A stretch of DNA of 48,313 nucleotides, counting the filler, from Jimgerdemannia flammicorona (taxonomy: Eukaryota): the NCBI GenBank assembly GCA_003990765.1. It is 2 parts of 2 records of this genome, joined end to end, with 100 filler letters (N's around TTAATTAATTAA, not from the genome) between each part and the next. Parts side by side here need not be neighbours in the genome. Positions count along the whole stretch, not along the records: positions 1 to 24,112 come from RBNJ01001020.1; 1 more part is not named here. One strand, 5' to 3'. The notes under the pieces are model-generated. The model did not search any database. It was not told where the DNA came from and was given only the letters and a program-made list of their open reading frames with translations. How positions within the stretch are numbered: position 1 is the first letter of the stretch; every line of letters starts with the position of its first letter. The position numbers and the translations under genes were made by a program. This document shows positions 11,483 through 24,212 of this stretch, in pieces.

Positions 11483-14400
11483 ATGCAACATCAGAAGGAT
11501 CCACCAGAACCAGAAGTCAGTACAGCCCAAAATTCCCAACCAGATCAATCAGACAATACAGGCAGCCCTATTGAAAACTTTAAAGAACTTGTCCAAGAAC
11601 TAGAATATATCATTACACAAGTCTGAAATTGTACAGCCAGATACCCCACAGCAGTCCCACCAATCTTACCCATAGAACCTTTACCACCAGCTCTTACAGA
11701 ATTGGAAGTAGCTCCTACAAGAATACCTAGGCTCATTCCACCTCATCCAAGGTCCAGAACACTATCCTTAAGATACCCAAGCACTCCTACATATCTCCAG
11801 TGACAGTTCAGAAAGTGAATCAGAGTAAGAATCCAAATCAGAATCCAGACCAGAACCAGAATCAGAAGAAAGTGATGATAAAATAGCCACCTTATTGCCA
11901 ACCTTTACAGGATATCCAGAGGAAGACTCCAGCGAATTTCTTAATGGAATTGAAGAAATCACAGCCCTGAGGAATCTCTCAGATAAAAGAAAAATTACCA
12001 TCTATAAAGCCCAGCTCAGAGAACTAGCCAGAGGAATTTTCCACCAAATAGCAAATGACCCAAATTCAGAACTAATAGCAGAAATACAAGCAGCAGCATC
12101 TTTTCAGCTGGAATATATAGCCATGGTCCACTGGCTTATTGAAAAATATGCAGGAAATGAAATCTGCCACAAGGCTGAAGAATCCATCATGGGGATGAAG
12201 ATAAATCTTGGAGAATCACCCAGCGCCTTCTTCACAAGAATCCAGAAGAGAATGCATACTGCCAGATTCAATATCACCAATCAAGACATCATAGGTCCAA
12301 TGACCTTTATGAATGGGATTCCCCTGAACATTACCCAGCATGTCTGCACCCTAGGCATCAGAAGGTCTGAAGAACAAGTAGATACAGTCCAAGAATTCTT
12401 TGATATCAGATAAGGAACTACCTGGAGTGACTATGATAAGAAGGATGATAAGGAAGACATCCTAGTCAAAGCCCTACAAGGCTCCTCCAAGGACAAGAGA
12501 GGTCTGAAGAAAGAAGACCAGCTAAAGAAGAAAAGAAAGACAGGAGTGAAATCTAAAAACTTAGCTCCAAGTTGGACCAATTGGTTGGACAAATCAAAAA
12601 ACTTACTCTATACAAAAATTAGAGTTATCAAGACAATAAAGGATACCCCCCACAAAGAAACCAGGGTTATCCACCCAGAGATAACAGGAGCTATCAGTAA
12701 GAAGAAAGAAGACACTCTGTCTGAGACAGAGCCCAAGTCCAATACTTCCACTGTGGACAATTTGGACACTATGCCACTGAATGTGATAATAAAAGAAGTG
12801 ACTAAAGGGACTCAGAACCACCAAACCAAAGGAATGACACTCAGGTCAAGAAGACTGAAGCCTATCCTATTGAAGACTTTGAGGAAGCAAGCAACAGTGA
12901 AGACTACAGTGATCTAGACCTATACCCTACTAAGGTTACTACTCAGAAAACAGTCTATCCAGTAGAAAAAAGGAAGAGACCTGTAGGAAGACCATCCAGG
13001 AATATTAGCAGAAGAATTATCTAAGAAGAAGATGAAGAACATGAAGAGGAGTAAGTGGAAATACCTCCCCAAACTCTCTCACCTTTTGTTTCTAAGAAAA
13101 ATGAGCTGCCATCAGAGGATGAAGAAATGGAACAAGAAGAACAGAAGCCTGCTGCTCCAAAGTCTAAGAAGAAGTATACCCCAAAGACTATACCAAGAGA
13201 CATCTACAATGAAGTCTGGCAGAAGATTCAAGAAGCTAAGATGGAAGTCTCTCTTCTGCAGTTCCTGCAACTGATACTAGCTGGAGTCTGAAACAAATTA
13301 TTGAGGACCACTAGGTCTAGCACTGGCTGAGTTCCAATCTCACAGCAAGAGCCCACTCCCACTCCTATCCAGGCTGCAGAGAGATATATTAGCACCTACT
13401 TATATGGAGACATTGGAGGACAAAAGGCAAAAATCCTTATTGATACAGAAGTAGCTATCTGTATCATTGCCAAATAATTCCTAGATACCCTCCAATAGCC
13501 AATTGATGGACCATCCAACCTCAGCATTATAGTAGCAGATGGAGCCCAAACTCAACCCCTTGGAGAAGTATGAAACATTACCATTTCTCTTGGACACATT
13601 CAGTTCTCCATCCTGAAAGCTGTTGTCACTGAGGCTGTCATCTATGACATAATCCTTGGCACCAACTAGATGAAGGAAATGAATGCAGTTGTTGATGTCA
13701 GTCAACAAGTACTCAAGTTTGACTACTGAGGCAAAAAGTATAGAGTTCAGGTGACCAACTATGAGCAATTAAAGATGAAGAAGAAGATCACTATTTAGGA
13801 AGAATATGCCAGTAGTGAAGAATCTACTATAGAAGAGGAAGAAGAATCTGAAGACAGAAATGATCCCAGAATCAATCCCTGAATCAACCTAGTGGATGAC
13901 AGACCAGAAGAAAATGTATGGGCCAAGAATACTGTCTCCATTACCATCAGAGCCATTGTAGGAGAAATTAAAGGATGCCCCACCTGCTTCAAGAGATACA
14001 AGTGCCCCAAGCACTCCTCCAAGATCATTGGAACAAGGAATTCGCCTGGTACAGCCTGCCCAGAGTGCAGAAAGAAGTAGAAGAAATGCAGATATGTTCC
14101 AAAAATGTCTGCAGCTGAAGCTGCAGAAGTATAAGCAATTTGGGGCCAAGAATTATCTGGGGAAGAAGAAGCTCCTGACCAAGAAGTTCCTGAACAAGAA
14201 GCACCTAAAGAAGAAGAAGTCCCTGAACTCATTTCCTGGGATAACTCTCACTAGACACTATCTGAAGACAATGACTCTTGGAATATAGAAGAAGGACTCA
14301 GCACAATCCCTATTATTCTCAAGAAAGAAACCCACTAAGAGAGGACATTTCAGCTAGAAAGATATCTATACCAAATAGTCTTCCACTCTCCTCAAGACTA

Positions 14401-17400
14401 CTGCTATCAGTGCTATCTACTAGACCAACAGGAGAGACAGAGACCCCAGAGACCATAACCCTCAAATATAGTTACACAGTTAACTACTTTCCAAGAAGTT
14501 ACCACTAAGTTGCAAAGCCAATTTAGAGGACAAGGTCTCTTCACCTAAACAGAAGTATATCCCTTATCCACTCTTCCCCCAACTTATGATTAAGATGGAT
14601 ACTAATTCTCAAGACAATAAGAAATTAACAACTGAGAACATCATTTCTGAGCAATGGGATGGAAGACACCCAGACTGCTGAGACTACAGATATCAGAAGA
14701 TTCACCTCAGTCATGATGTTGCAATCTACACCTTGAAGAGAGGAGATAACAGAGGCCAGATTCGAAAAAGCCAAACCAAGAAGCCAGAAAGAAGGACCCT
14801 TAAGATCTATGATCTAGGAGAAGACATCCTAGCTCTTATCAGACATGCAATCTGCCAAGGATGGGCAGAAGATGCCACCAATGTCATAGAAGCCCTAGAC
14901 TCTACAGGAAGAAGCGGAATCAACTATGTCCAAGACCCCTCTACTGGAGCCAGATGGCCACACCTTAACCTCAGAGCCTGGAGACTCTCTGCTAGTGGAG
15001 CTTCAGCCCTAGGACAGCCCAAACTCAGCAAGAATATTGTCCAGTATACCCTACTGCATCTCAAGGCCAAACCCCCAACCAAAGCTCACCCAGAAGATAT
15101 AGGATATGATCTTTACAGTCTGGAGAATGAATCCATCAAGTCTGGAAAAACATTCATGATCAGAACCAGACTAGTCATGCAGCCACTCTAAGGAACTTAT
15201 ATCCAACTGACCTCAAGATCTAGACTTGTCAGATAAGGAATAACCATAGAAGAAGGAATCATTAATCCAGAATATACAGTTTAAATCAAGGTCATCCTAT
15301 ATAATAGCAGTACAGAATAGTACTGAATCATCAGAGGACAGAAGATTGCCCAAGCAGTCTTCATGAAGGTCAAGACTCCACAATTACAAGAAGTCTCTAA
15401 ACTGACTGAAAGATCAAGACAAGCCAAAGGATTTGGAAGTTCAGATAAGAAAGAAGTACATCTCCTTCAAGTCAACCATCTCAAGAGGAATATTCTCCAG
15501 CAAGTATATCACCAACTAGTCAAACTGCACAAGAATCTCATCCTGGAGCCTGGAGAACAAACCACCTTTGAAATCTTTGTACCACCTGACCCCAGAAACC
15601 TTTTCTTTGAACCCAATGAAGATATCCCACACCTGGATATAGAAGGACATACATTCTCTGACAAGATGAACCCAGTATATTTCTGAGCAACCAACCAAAG
15701 TTAGGAAACTATCATCCTGCCAAAAGAAACCAATATAGGGCATCTGGTGTCTTTTATTAACTGAACTCATAGAGAAGTTTATGAACTAAACTTCTCAGAA
15801 AATGGCAAAAGGTCTCAGAAGAAAGAAAAGGCCCCACTGTGACCCAGGAGATAGTAAAGCCTTTCACCAACATTGGAGAAGAATTGATATCCCAACAACA
15901 GCAACAACTAGTAGAACTCCTCAATAAATATCAAGATACCTTCACCACCAATTATGGCAACCTGCCATACAATCCATTATATCACCACAGCATAAATACA
16001 GAAAATACAACACTTATCTAGCAGAAATTCTATAGAATACCCCATTATTTAAAAACATTTAAAAAGGAGCACATTCAGGAACTCTTAGACAATAGAGTCA
16101 TCTGACCCTCTACTAGCCCCTGGGCCAGCCCTATACTTATTATACCAAAGAAAGGAGGATGGAGACTCTGTATAGATTACAGGAAATTCAATTTAGTCAC
16201 TGAAAAGGATGCATATCCTTTGCTCAGAATTGATGACCTTTTGGATCAGTTACAAGATACCAGATACTTCAGCAGTATAGACCTTTTCACAGGATTCCAT
16301 GAGATCCCCATGGACCCCAAAGACATTCAAAAGACAGCCTTTCTTGCTTTAGGAAAACTGTTTAAATACCTCTGAATATCCTTTGGACTTTGCAATACAC
16401 CTCCTACCTTTTAGAAGATGATGAATTCAGTCTATGCCCCCTTGATCCACCACTGCCTGATTGTATACATGGACAATTCTAACATCTATTCTGCAAATTT
16501 TGAAGAATACCTACACCACTTGGAGGAATTCTTCAAGCTCACCTGCAAGAACCACCTGAGACTCAATGTTAAGTAATGCTATTTTGGAAAACAGAAATGT
16601 AAATTCCTTGGATTCATAGTTTTGAAAGAAGGAACCTATATAGACTCAAAGAAAACTGAGAAGATCAACAATTGGCCAGTACCCAAGACCCCAAAGAAAA
16701 CACTATTATTCCTAATACTAGTATTCTACTACAGAAGGTTTATCAAGAACTTTACTCAAATCACTACTCCAATCCAAGTTCTTCTCAAGAAAGAAGTATC
16801 TTACAAATGGACAGAATCATAAGAGAAAGTCTTAAAAGAACTCAAGAACCACATAACCACAGCACCAATCCTTATATGCCCCAATCTACAGAAGCTGTTC
16901 ATCTTATATACAGATGTCTCCAAAGATAGCCTAGGAGCAGTTCTAGCCCAAGAAGGACCTGACCAACAGCACTATATGATAGCTTATGTAAGCTGAGCTA
17001 CCAATCAGCAGCAGATGAACTATGGTAGCACCAAACTAGAATACCTTGCAGTCATATGGGCAGTCACTCTGTTTAAGCATTATCTTATCAGAAAAAGATT
17101 CACTCTGATTACAGACTATATAGCCCTCAAATGGCTATTCAACTGCAAGAAACCCACTGGAATTTTAGTCCACTAGATCCTTATCCTTCAGGATTACAAA
17201 ATCACCATCATCCACAAAGTAGGAAAAGCTCATAACAATGTCGATGTACTTTCCTGCCAGTCCCAATGAACTAGAAGAAGTCTCAAGGAACTACACTCTA
17301 AAGGAAGCTCCTCAGACCATCAAGGCACAAGAAGATCTCATTTGAAAAGAACACCAGAAAGCTCACTAAAGACAAGCAAACATAGAAGAAAAGTTGTAAA

Positions 17401-18268
17401 CAACACACCAACATTGGCTCAATCTTAGAATACAAGTCCAGGATATACTCAAGAAATATGACACTTATCAGAAGTACTAAGGAAGAAAGAACTACTAAGT
17501 ACCACTGCAACCAATCATACCACTAGACAACATCTTTTAGAGATGAGAAGTAGATGTAATTAGACCCCTACCAGTTATACCAAAAAGAAATAAGTACATT
17601 CTTGTATTTGTAGAATATCTAACTAAGTGGTCCAAGGCTTTCTCAATGAAAATCACAGATGTCTTAATCATTGTAGACCTTCTCTATAGACTCACTCTCA
17701 GATATGGACCCCCAGAAGAACTCATCTTGGACCAAGGCACAGAATTCATCAATAATATAATTATAAGTTATACCTGAATTCACAAGATCCACCTCAAATA
17801 GAATACATCATACCACCCTCAGACCAATGGCATGATAGAAAGAATGAATCAGACCATCAAGAAAGAACTTACCCAAGTCAATCCTACCAACTGGGACCTT
17901 TGCTTACCTGAGATCCTATGGGAAATTTAGAACACCCCTGCTGCCTCTACCAAACAAAAGCCATTTGAAATGATGTTTGTCAAGAAAACCAGAACTACTG
18001 ACCATGAGAATCTCAGAGACCTTCTCAAGAAAGCAGAATAGTTATGAAATCAAGTCCAAGCTCTGATTATTAATGCCCAGAAAAGACAAAAGAAGTACTA
18101 TGACCAGAAACAGAAGAATCAGGTGATTAAGATTGGAGATCAAGTACTAGTTTGGAGAAGCATGATTGAAATGAATTTTGCTGCCAAACTGGAGCCCAAA
18201 TAGAAAGGATCTTATCTTGTATACAACATCAGAGAAACCAGCATCTATTTAAGAAGTATAGATGGATA
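11483..18268 (+). pseudogene. gag-pol relic of family 2
   Basis: LPTFTGYPEEDSSEFL (gag), YFHCGQFGHYATEC knuckle (~12745-12785), and PR, dUTPase, RT, RNase H and integrase motifs, with numerous stops. Confidence 0.9.
15045..15450 (+). pseudogene. dUTPase domain within family-2 pol
   Basis: PTKAHPEDIGYDL, TSRSRL, EGIINPEYT, GQKIAQ, RQAKGFGSSD. Confidence 0.9.
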
Positions 18269-18621
18269 TTCTAAATGTCTAGAAATCTTTTCTTAACACC
18301 AAGACCTCACTAGAACATTTTTGTCTTTTCTTGGTACCAAGTCTCATATCTTGGCTAGTTATAAAATCTTTTGGAATATTATTAGTCATCTTTACTAAGA
18401 ACTTATTTATTAGCTTTTCTCTTTTTTTCTGAGATTCTTCTGGATCTTCCTTTTAGATCCTATATAAATATTCTTATTCTCTGCTTGAATAAAGCTCAGA
18501 ATATTTTCTCCCAGAATTCCTTTGAGAATACTTAAATCTATAAGTATCTCTTCAAGCTACTTTAGATCATCAGAACTTTCAGAACTTAGTCACTTTCTCT
18601 TAAAGAAACTAGAACTATTAT

Positions 18622-19081
18622 AAGTGCTCCCAAATGAATCAAATTAATTTGAATCAAATCAGATTGAGGGTTATTCAAATTGAATTTAAATTGAATTGAG
18701 GCCTGATTTCATATAATTAAATTGAATTGAATTGAATTGAATTTGATTTGAAATATTTAGCTTATTAAAAATATAATAACTTATTGAAAATATGTCCAAA
18801 TTTAATATTCTTTATTATATTAGATTCTCTATTATAAGGTATACTGAACAAGCTAAAATTTATTAAATTTGAATATATTTTGATCAAGTTATTGAATTTT
18901 CAAAAATTTGATTTGAATTGAACTTCAAATTAAATTAGACCTCAATTTGATTTGAGTTGAATTGAATTGAGCCTCAATTCAAATTGAATCAAATCAAATT
19001 AATCCTTAATTTAATTTAAATATTTTGAATTAAATTGAATTAGAGACAAATTTGATTTAATTCAATTCATTCTGAGTATTA
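18622..19081. mobile_element. hAT-type MITE, copy 2
   Basis: Colinear with 8426-8861 (shared core AAATATGTCCAAATTTAATATTCTTTATTATA; ends CATTCTGAGTATTA). TSD not clean. Confidence 0.85.
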
Positions 19082-19644
19082 TATAAGTTTATATATTATT
19101 ATATTACTATTATTTATCAGAACAAACCAGTATTAATTGTTATATTTTTATCTATATAGGAATCTGAATATTTTTCAAATATCATAATACTTAGAAAAAA
19201 AGTAACAATCAATTATATAATTTCAAATAACAGTCTATTTGTAGTAATAGTGACAGATTTATCATATATATCCTCTTTTTTCAAATTCAGATATCAGTGA
19301 AGAATCTATTATCAAAACAAATGAAAATAGTAATATAAATTATTTTGTTAATTCTGATGAAATTGAATAAAATCTGAATAATGATCCATCTTAAGTAAAT
19401 ATTTTATATTTTTTATAATGTTTTATAAAATATATACTTTATATTTATCATATCACTATTCTCCAATAGTAGGTTATAGACAAAGTAGATATCTTAAGTA
19501 TATTGTTAGAATGGTAACTTGATATAACAGCATGTAATCTTACACCATTCTATCAGATTTACATTATTCATTAATAATGTAAGAAATATGTGACCTACAC
19601 AACTTCAATAAAATCACCTCTCTTTACAATAAAAGTTATGAGTC

Positions 19645-22600
19645 TGGTATTAGTTGTAGGAACTACAGAAGAGAGACCTCTATCTTGGCTTCTTGAATCT
19701 TCTGCCAGGCTTCATTATAGATATCTCTGAGTATGATCTTTAGGGTGTACTTCTTCTTAGGCTTTAGAGCAGCAGGCTCCTGTTCTTCTTGTTCCATTTC
19801 TTTATTCTCTAAAGGCAGCTCATTTATCTCAGAGACAAAAGGTGAGAGAGTCTGGGAAGGTATTTCTACTTGCTCTTCTTTATTTTCTTCATCTTCTTCT
19901 TGGACAATTCTTCTGCTGATATTTCTAGATGGTCTTCCAATAGGTCTCTTCCTTTTCTCTACTGGGTAAACTGTCTTTCAGGTGCTGACTTTGGCTGAAT
20001 ACAAGTCCAGATTACTATAGTCTTCACTGTTACTTTCTTCTTTGAAATCTTCAACAGGATGGACTTCAGTCTTCTTGTACTGGGTTTCATTCCTTCAGTT
20101 TGGTGGTTCTGGGTCCCTTCAGTCACTTCTTTCATCACATTCAGTAGTATAGTATTCAAATTATCCACAGTAGAAGCATTGGACTTGGGCTCTATCTCAG
20201 ATAGGATATCTTCTTTCTTCTTACTGGTAGTTTCTGTTATCTCTGAGTAGATAGCCTTGGCTCCTTTGTGGTGGATGTTCTCTGTTATCTTGATAACTCC
20301 AATTTTTATATAGTGAGATTTTCAATCTGTCCAACCAATTGGCCCAACTTGGAGCTAAGGTCTTGGATTTCATTTCTATCCTTCTTTTCTTCCTTAGCTG
20401 GTCTTCTTTCTTCAGATCTTTCTTATCCTTGAAGAAGTCCTTATAGGGCTTTGACCAGGATGTCTTCTTTGTAATCTCTTTTGTCATGGTTATTCCAGGT
20501 AGTTTCTTGTCTAATATCAAAGAATTCTTAGGCTACATCTACTTGTATTTTGGACCTTCTGATACCTAGAGTGCAGACATACTGGGCAATGTTTGGGGGA
20601 ATTTCATTCATGAAGGTCATTAGACCTATAATGTCTTAATTAGTGGTATTGAACCCAGGTTTATGTATTCTCTTCTGGATTCTTGTAAAAAATGCTCTGG
20701 GTAATTCTCCAAGATTTATCTTCATCCCTATGATGGATTCTTGAGCCTTGTGGTGGGTTTCATTTCCTGTATATTTTTTGATGAGCCAGTAGACTATGGT
20801 TATATATTCCAACTCATAAGATGCTACTGCTTATATTTGTACTATCAGTTCTAAGTGTGAGTTATTTGCTGTTCAGTAGAAAATTCCACTGACTGGTTCT
20901 CTGAGCTAGGCCTTGTAGATGGCAATTTTTCTTTTATCTGGAAGATTCCTCAGAGCTGCAATTCTCTTGATTCCATCAAGAAATTCTCTAGGGTCTCCCT
21001 CTGGATATCTTGCAAAGGTTGGTAATAAGGTGGTCATTTCATTATCACCCTCTTCTGATTCTAGTTCTGGTCCAAATTCTGATTTCGATTCTGACTCTAA
21101 TTCACTTTCTGAACTATTACTGGAGATTGGGGTGCTTGGGTATCTTGAGGATAGTGTTTGGGACCTTGGATGAAGTGGAATAAGCCTAGGTATTCTTGAA
21201 GGAGCTGCTTCCAATTCTGCAAGGGCTGGTGGTAAAGATTCAATGGGTGAGACTGGAGGGGCCTCTCTGGGATATCTGGCTGCTGGATGCTGAGCTTGTG
21301 TAATGAGATCTTCTAGTTCTTATGCAAGTTCTTCAAATTGTCCAACAGGGCCACCTATATTGTCTGGTTGATCTGGTTGGGGATTTTGGGCTATACTGGC
21401 TTCTGGTTGGAATTCTTCTAATATTATATAGTTGGCAAGTCTTGAGGTAATTACTTCTCTTCCTATCCAGATGCTAGTGATGACTAGTTCTCCTATAGTG
21501 ACAGAGATTGGTGTTATATCAAATGTATCCAGTTTGACTGTGGGTTCTTGTGAGCTGAAAAGTTATATCAATTTCAAAATCTTCTCAGTTGAGCCCACAA
21601 ATATAATATGCCTGACTCAATGGAAGCAAATTACAAGGTTAGGGGTTGATATAGTTTAGCTTGAGCCCTCAGTTACTTTGTTAAAAAGTAACAAAATGTT
21701 CTAAGATTCCTAGTATCCTTATTGGTGTTTGGTGGTATAATAGTCAATCTGAATACAGTAGTTGATTTTGGCAATTTCCTTATTGGGACAGATCCTTAGA
21801 TATGAGTAGTGATTTGTATATAGCACAGGCATTTTAGCAATTTAGTGGTTTTTCTTATATGATTTCTACATAATGATCTTGTGTGATATGACAATCTCTA
21901 TATAGTATGATGAGTTTCCTTATACAAGGCAATCTGGCAATTTGGCAGTTTCTTTCTTAGGTGGCAATCTCCAAAAGTATGTAATTTCTAGCAGATAACT
22001 CAATTTGTCATAGATTCTCCTAAATTGGTAGTTTACTGAAAATAGAGAATAGTACAGATTCTTCTCATTAGAAATAGATAAATAACTTGGATGACATGGA
22101 TAACTCAAATAACTCAGATATAAATAATTTAATAACTCAGATAACTTGAGATATTGTAGACTCTTCTTAAATTAGTAAGGCTCTGGAAAATAACTTGGAT
22201 TCTTGACAAGTTATGTCAAAGACTAGCTTCATTTACATGGAGTTATATTATAAACTAGCTTTACTGTGAAGTTGCATCGAGAGACAGACTTGTAGCAAGG
22301 TTCCTTATAGCAGACTCTCTGGGAATGTATGTTTCTCTTCAGGCTTATCTGGTAAGCAAACTAAAAATATAGCAGACTTCTCTTAAAAACGGTAGCTTAT
22401 TCCTTAAGCAGTGGATTACTCAAATGATGGTGAAGTTATTCCTTAAATTTTGGCAGCAAACTCAGATTCTTCAGACTTATCTAGCAAGTATACCAATTAA
22501 TCTTTATATTGGAAAGTGGACCAGAGTAGGGAAAAGGAGAAAAATACTCAATCTTTAGAGACTTCTTTGATTTGCTTCAACTTTTCAGACTGAGGTTTAT

Positions 22601-22856
22601 TCACTCTTATCTCTGAGATATTTTATTCAGTTGTGGTTGCTACTGATTACTACATTACTAATTATAAATTACTATCTATAGCAAGTATTCCCAGAGAGTA
22701 TAGTGTATCTACTCAGTATAGATAAACATACTGTTTCTGGTATCTCTGGCTAATTATATAGATTGGTGCAATAAAACAGTCTTGATTGCTTAGTGTACTA
22801 GATATGGTATATGGCTAATTTATAAATTTTGCAGTATAACTTTATTGCTTGTCACA
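19645..22856 (-). mobile_element. Family-2 Gypsy copy, inverted: LTR/leader plus gag only
   Basis: Reverse complement of 8872-13290 minus the 9837-11038 insertion. Minus-strand ORF LLPTFARYPEGDPREFLDGIKRIAALRNL matches family-2 gag. Confidence 0.92.
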
Positions 22857-22860
22857 CTAC

Positions 22861-23310
22861 CTATAGGCTTACTAGTTCTCTTACTTTCTCTTTACTTTTG
22901 AACTATTTTGATCTGAGATCTTTTCACTTTAGATATTAGAGATATTTATATAAGATTGCTAGCTATAAGGTGGCTAAATTATAACTATGTTTTCTCTGAG
23001 TCATTTTTTATAAATATGGATCCTCTATATCTGTAAAATCTCTATAATTATAAATATTCTTTATCTATGAAATCTCTATATTTGTAAAGTTTCTATATTT
23101 GTAAAATAACTACTATTTATAAGGCAATATTATATTTATAAATCAGATTCAGGTACTATGATCAAATATCTATTTTCTATTTCTATTTCATAATATATAT
23201 CATATCTTCCCTCTGAATAGATTATTTTTGATATAAAAATATCTATTCAAATTTCTATATCTTAATGTTTATATATTTGTTCCTCTTATATAGATATATT
23301 TATTCTCCTT
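22861..23310 (-). mobile_element. Partial family-1 3' LTR with PPT, inverted
   Basis: Reverse complement of the family-1 LTR (TTAGCCACCTTATAGCTAGCAA). The purine tract GAGGGAAGA lies on the minus strand at ~23205-23213. Confidence 0.8.
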
Positions 23311-23316
23311 ATATAG

Positions 23317-24112
23317 TGTGGCATTCGGTTTGTACATATCTCTAGTTGCTTCTTGCACGGCTCAATGTGCCACTTGGTGAAGTGCGCGATGTATAACTGA
23401 AGGCATTGGTGATGTTTGCGGGTCGATGGTCATGTGATCGGTTATTTGATTCATGTGGTAATTGTTAATAGCAGGAGATCGTTTGATTGTTCAATGATGG
23501 TGGCTCAATTGTTTAGTGGATAAGGGTGGCGAATAACTTGGCGGCAAACTTGGCGACGGTCTTGATGGTCTTGCTCTTTATGCAGTCAATTAAAGCAGTC
23601 TGTGGCGCAGTAGGTCAGGAAAAAAAATGGAGGTTGACAGCTCGCTCATCCGTCTTGACTTGTTAACTTGGAAGGTTCCTGGCAGTCGTTCGAGTCTTTG
23701 GCAGCAGTCTTGTATCCTTTGGCTGGGTATCCTTAGGTTTCCAGGTCTTGAATCTCGAATGGCGGTCGAATGCGCGGTCTGAATGGTGGTCTGAATGTGC
23801 AGTCCAAATGCGCGGCGGTCATGGTCTAGAATCCTTGGCTGGGTCTCCTTGGGTTTCTGGGTCTTGAATCCTTGGCTGGGTCTTGGGTCTCGAATTGGCG
23901 GTCGAATGCGTGGTCCAAATGGCGGCAGTCGGGTAACATTTTCTTTCTTTCCATGGCAAGAGAAAATTCTTTAACTCAAACCTCAAGCGATCGTTGCTCT
24001 AGTTATCTTGTTCTCAGAATTTATCTGGTCTCTTGGAGGCAGTGGTTTCTTTGTAATCCTTTTTACTTTTAAACACAAACTGACTGAGGCTTTATTCACT
24101 CTAAGAATATGG
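23317..24112 (-). mobile_element. Probable LTR of a third, less decayed family (cut by the gap)
   Basis: Ends ...GCCACA on the minus strand at 23317 and carries AGAGTGAATAAA (minus, 24091-24102). Internal short duplications at 23715-23930. CpGs retained. Confidence 0.55.
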
Positions 24113-24212
24113 NNNNNNNNNNNNNNNNNNNNNNNNNNNNNNNNNNNNNNNNNNNNTTAATTAATTAANNNNNNNNNNNNNNNNNNNNNNNNNNNNNNNN
24201 NNNNNNNNNNNN
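24113..24212. other. Artificial assembly linker (44 N + TTAATTAATTAA + 44 N)
   Basis: Exactly 100 bp; the core gives stops in all six frames. Confidence 0.95.

Larger units (their letters stand above)
8872..18268 (+). mobile_element. 3'-truncated degenerate Ty3/Gypsy element (family 2) with dUTPase
   Basis: Starts near TGTGATGAGC; the LTR/leader is shared with the inverted copy ending at 22856. gag from ~11483, PR LIDTE (~13440), dUTPase ~15050-15450, RT SPWASP/DYRK/VYMDN, RNase H LYTDVS, integrase EYLTKW. No 3' LTR found. Confidence 0.9.

Noticed and set aside
19082..19640. Possible further transposase remnant (VT*YNSM resembling hAT TRWNS)
   Set aside because: Too decayed, and the match needs a transversion; not supportable by eye.
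8872..22856. Single DIRS-like or giant element with inverted terminal repeats
   Set aside because: It has a DDE integrase and Gypsy domain order, no tyrosine recombinase and no TSD. The arms include gag, so these are two separate copies.
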